Source: Camelus ferus (lineage: Eukaryota). Taken from it: a DNA stretch of 64,000 nucleotides. The stretch spans positions 100,504,001 to 100,568,000 of the forward strand of contig NC_045697.1 of NCBI RefSeq assembly GCF_009834535.1, read 5' to 3'. Shown piece after piece: positions 63,901 through 64,000 of the stretch (the stretch's first letter is position 1; the number at the start of each line of letters is the position of its first letter). Both the position numbers and the translations under genes were made by a program. A model generated the notes under the pieces. The model was not told the origin of the DNA and did not search any database. It saw nothing but the letters and a program-made list of their open reading frames with translations.

Positions 63901-64000
63901 ATACAAAAGATCAGAAGAGACAACTATGAAGAATCATATGCCAACAAATTGGACAACCTAGAAGACATGGATAAATTCCTAGAAACATACAACTATTAAG
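60960..64000 (+). mobile_element. Old long L1: 5' UTR, decayed ORF1, ORF2 start with endonuclease region largely deleted; runs off window
   Basis: GC-richer 5' region; ORF1 C-terminus MSNVKDKERILK...LSFRIEGERNHFPDKQKLKEFITTR at 63027-63332; ORF2 sequence resumes at ~63600 (aaataaacaacttaactttacacctcaag...ggataaattcctagaaacatacaa). Confidence 0.85.

Overview
Mammalian genomic DNA, AT-rich and dense in repeats. It is most likely camelid (alpaca/camel), inferred from four copies of a tRNA-derived Vic-1-like SINE and a young L1 3' end. I can support no intact protein-coding gene: the listed ORFs are chance ORFs, L1 fragments or pieces of decayed exons. Much of the window is recognisable transposon debris (L1s of several ages, MaLR/ERV solo LTRs with TSDs, hAT MERs, MIR/L2, microsatellites). 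The main finding comes from manual translation of the minus strand between the repeats. A collinear series of exon-like remnants from ~59.4 kb down to ~16.6 kb reads, in order, as several SEA-like domains (one reconstructed furin site), a HormR-like motif, GAIN helices/strands, a CVFWD/GPS-like motif, TM1-TM7-like motifs and a tail. This suggests an old, spliced (non-processed) pseudogene of a multi-SEA adhesion GPCR that I cannot match to any named human ADGR gene. The call rests on motif recognition across stops and frameshifts and needs profile/tblastn confirmation.
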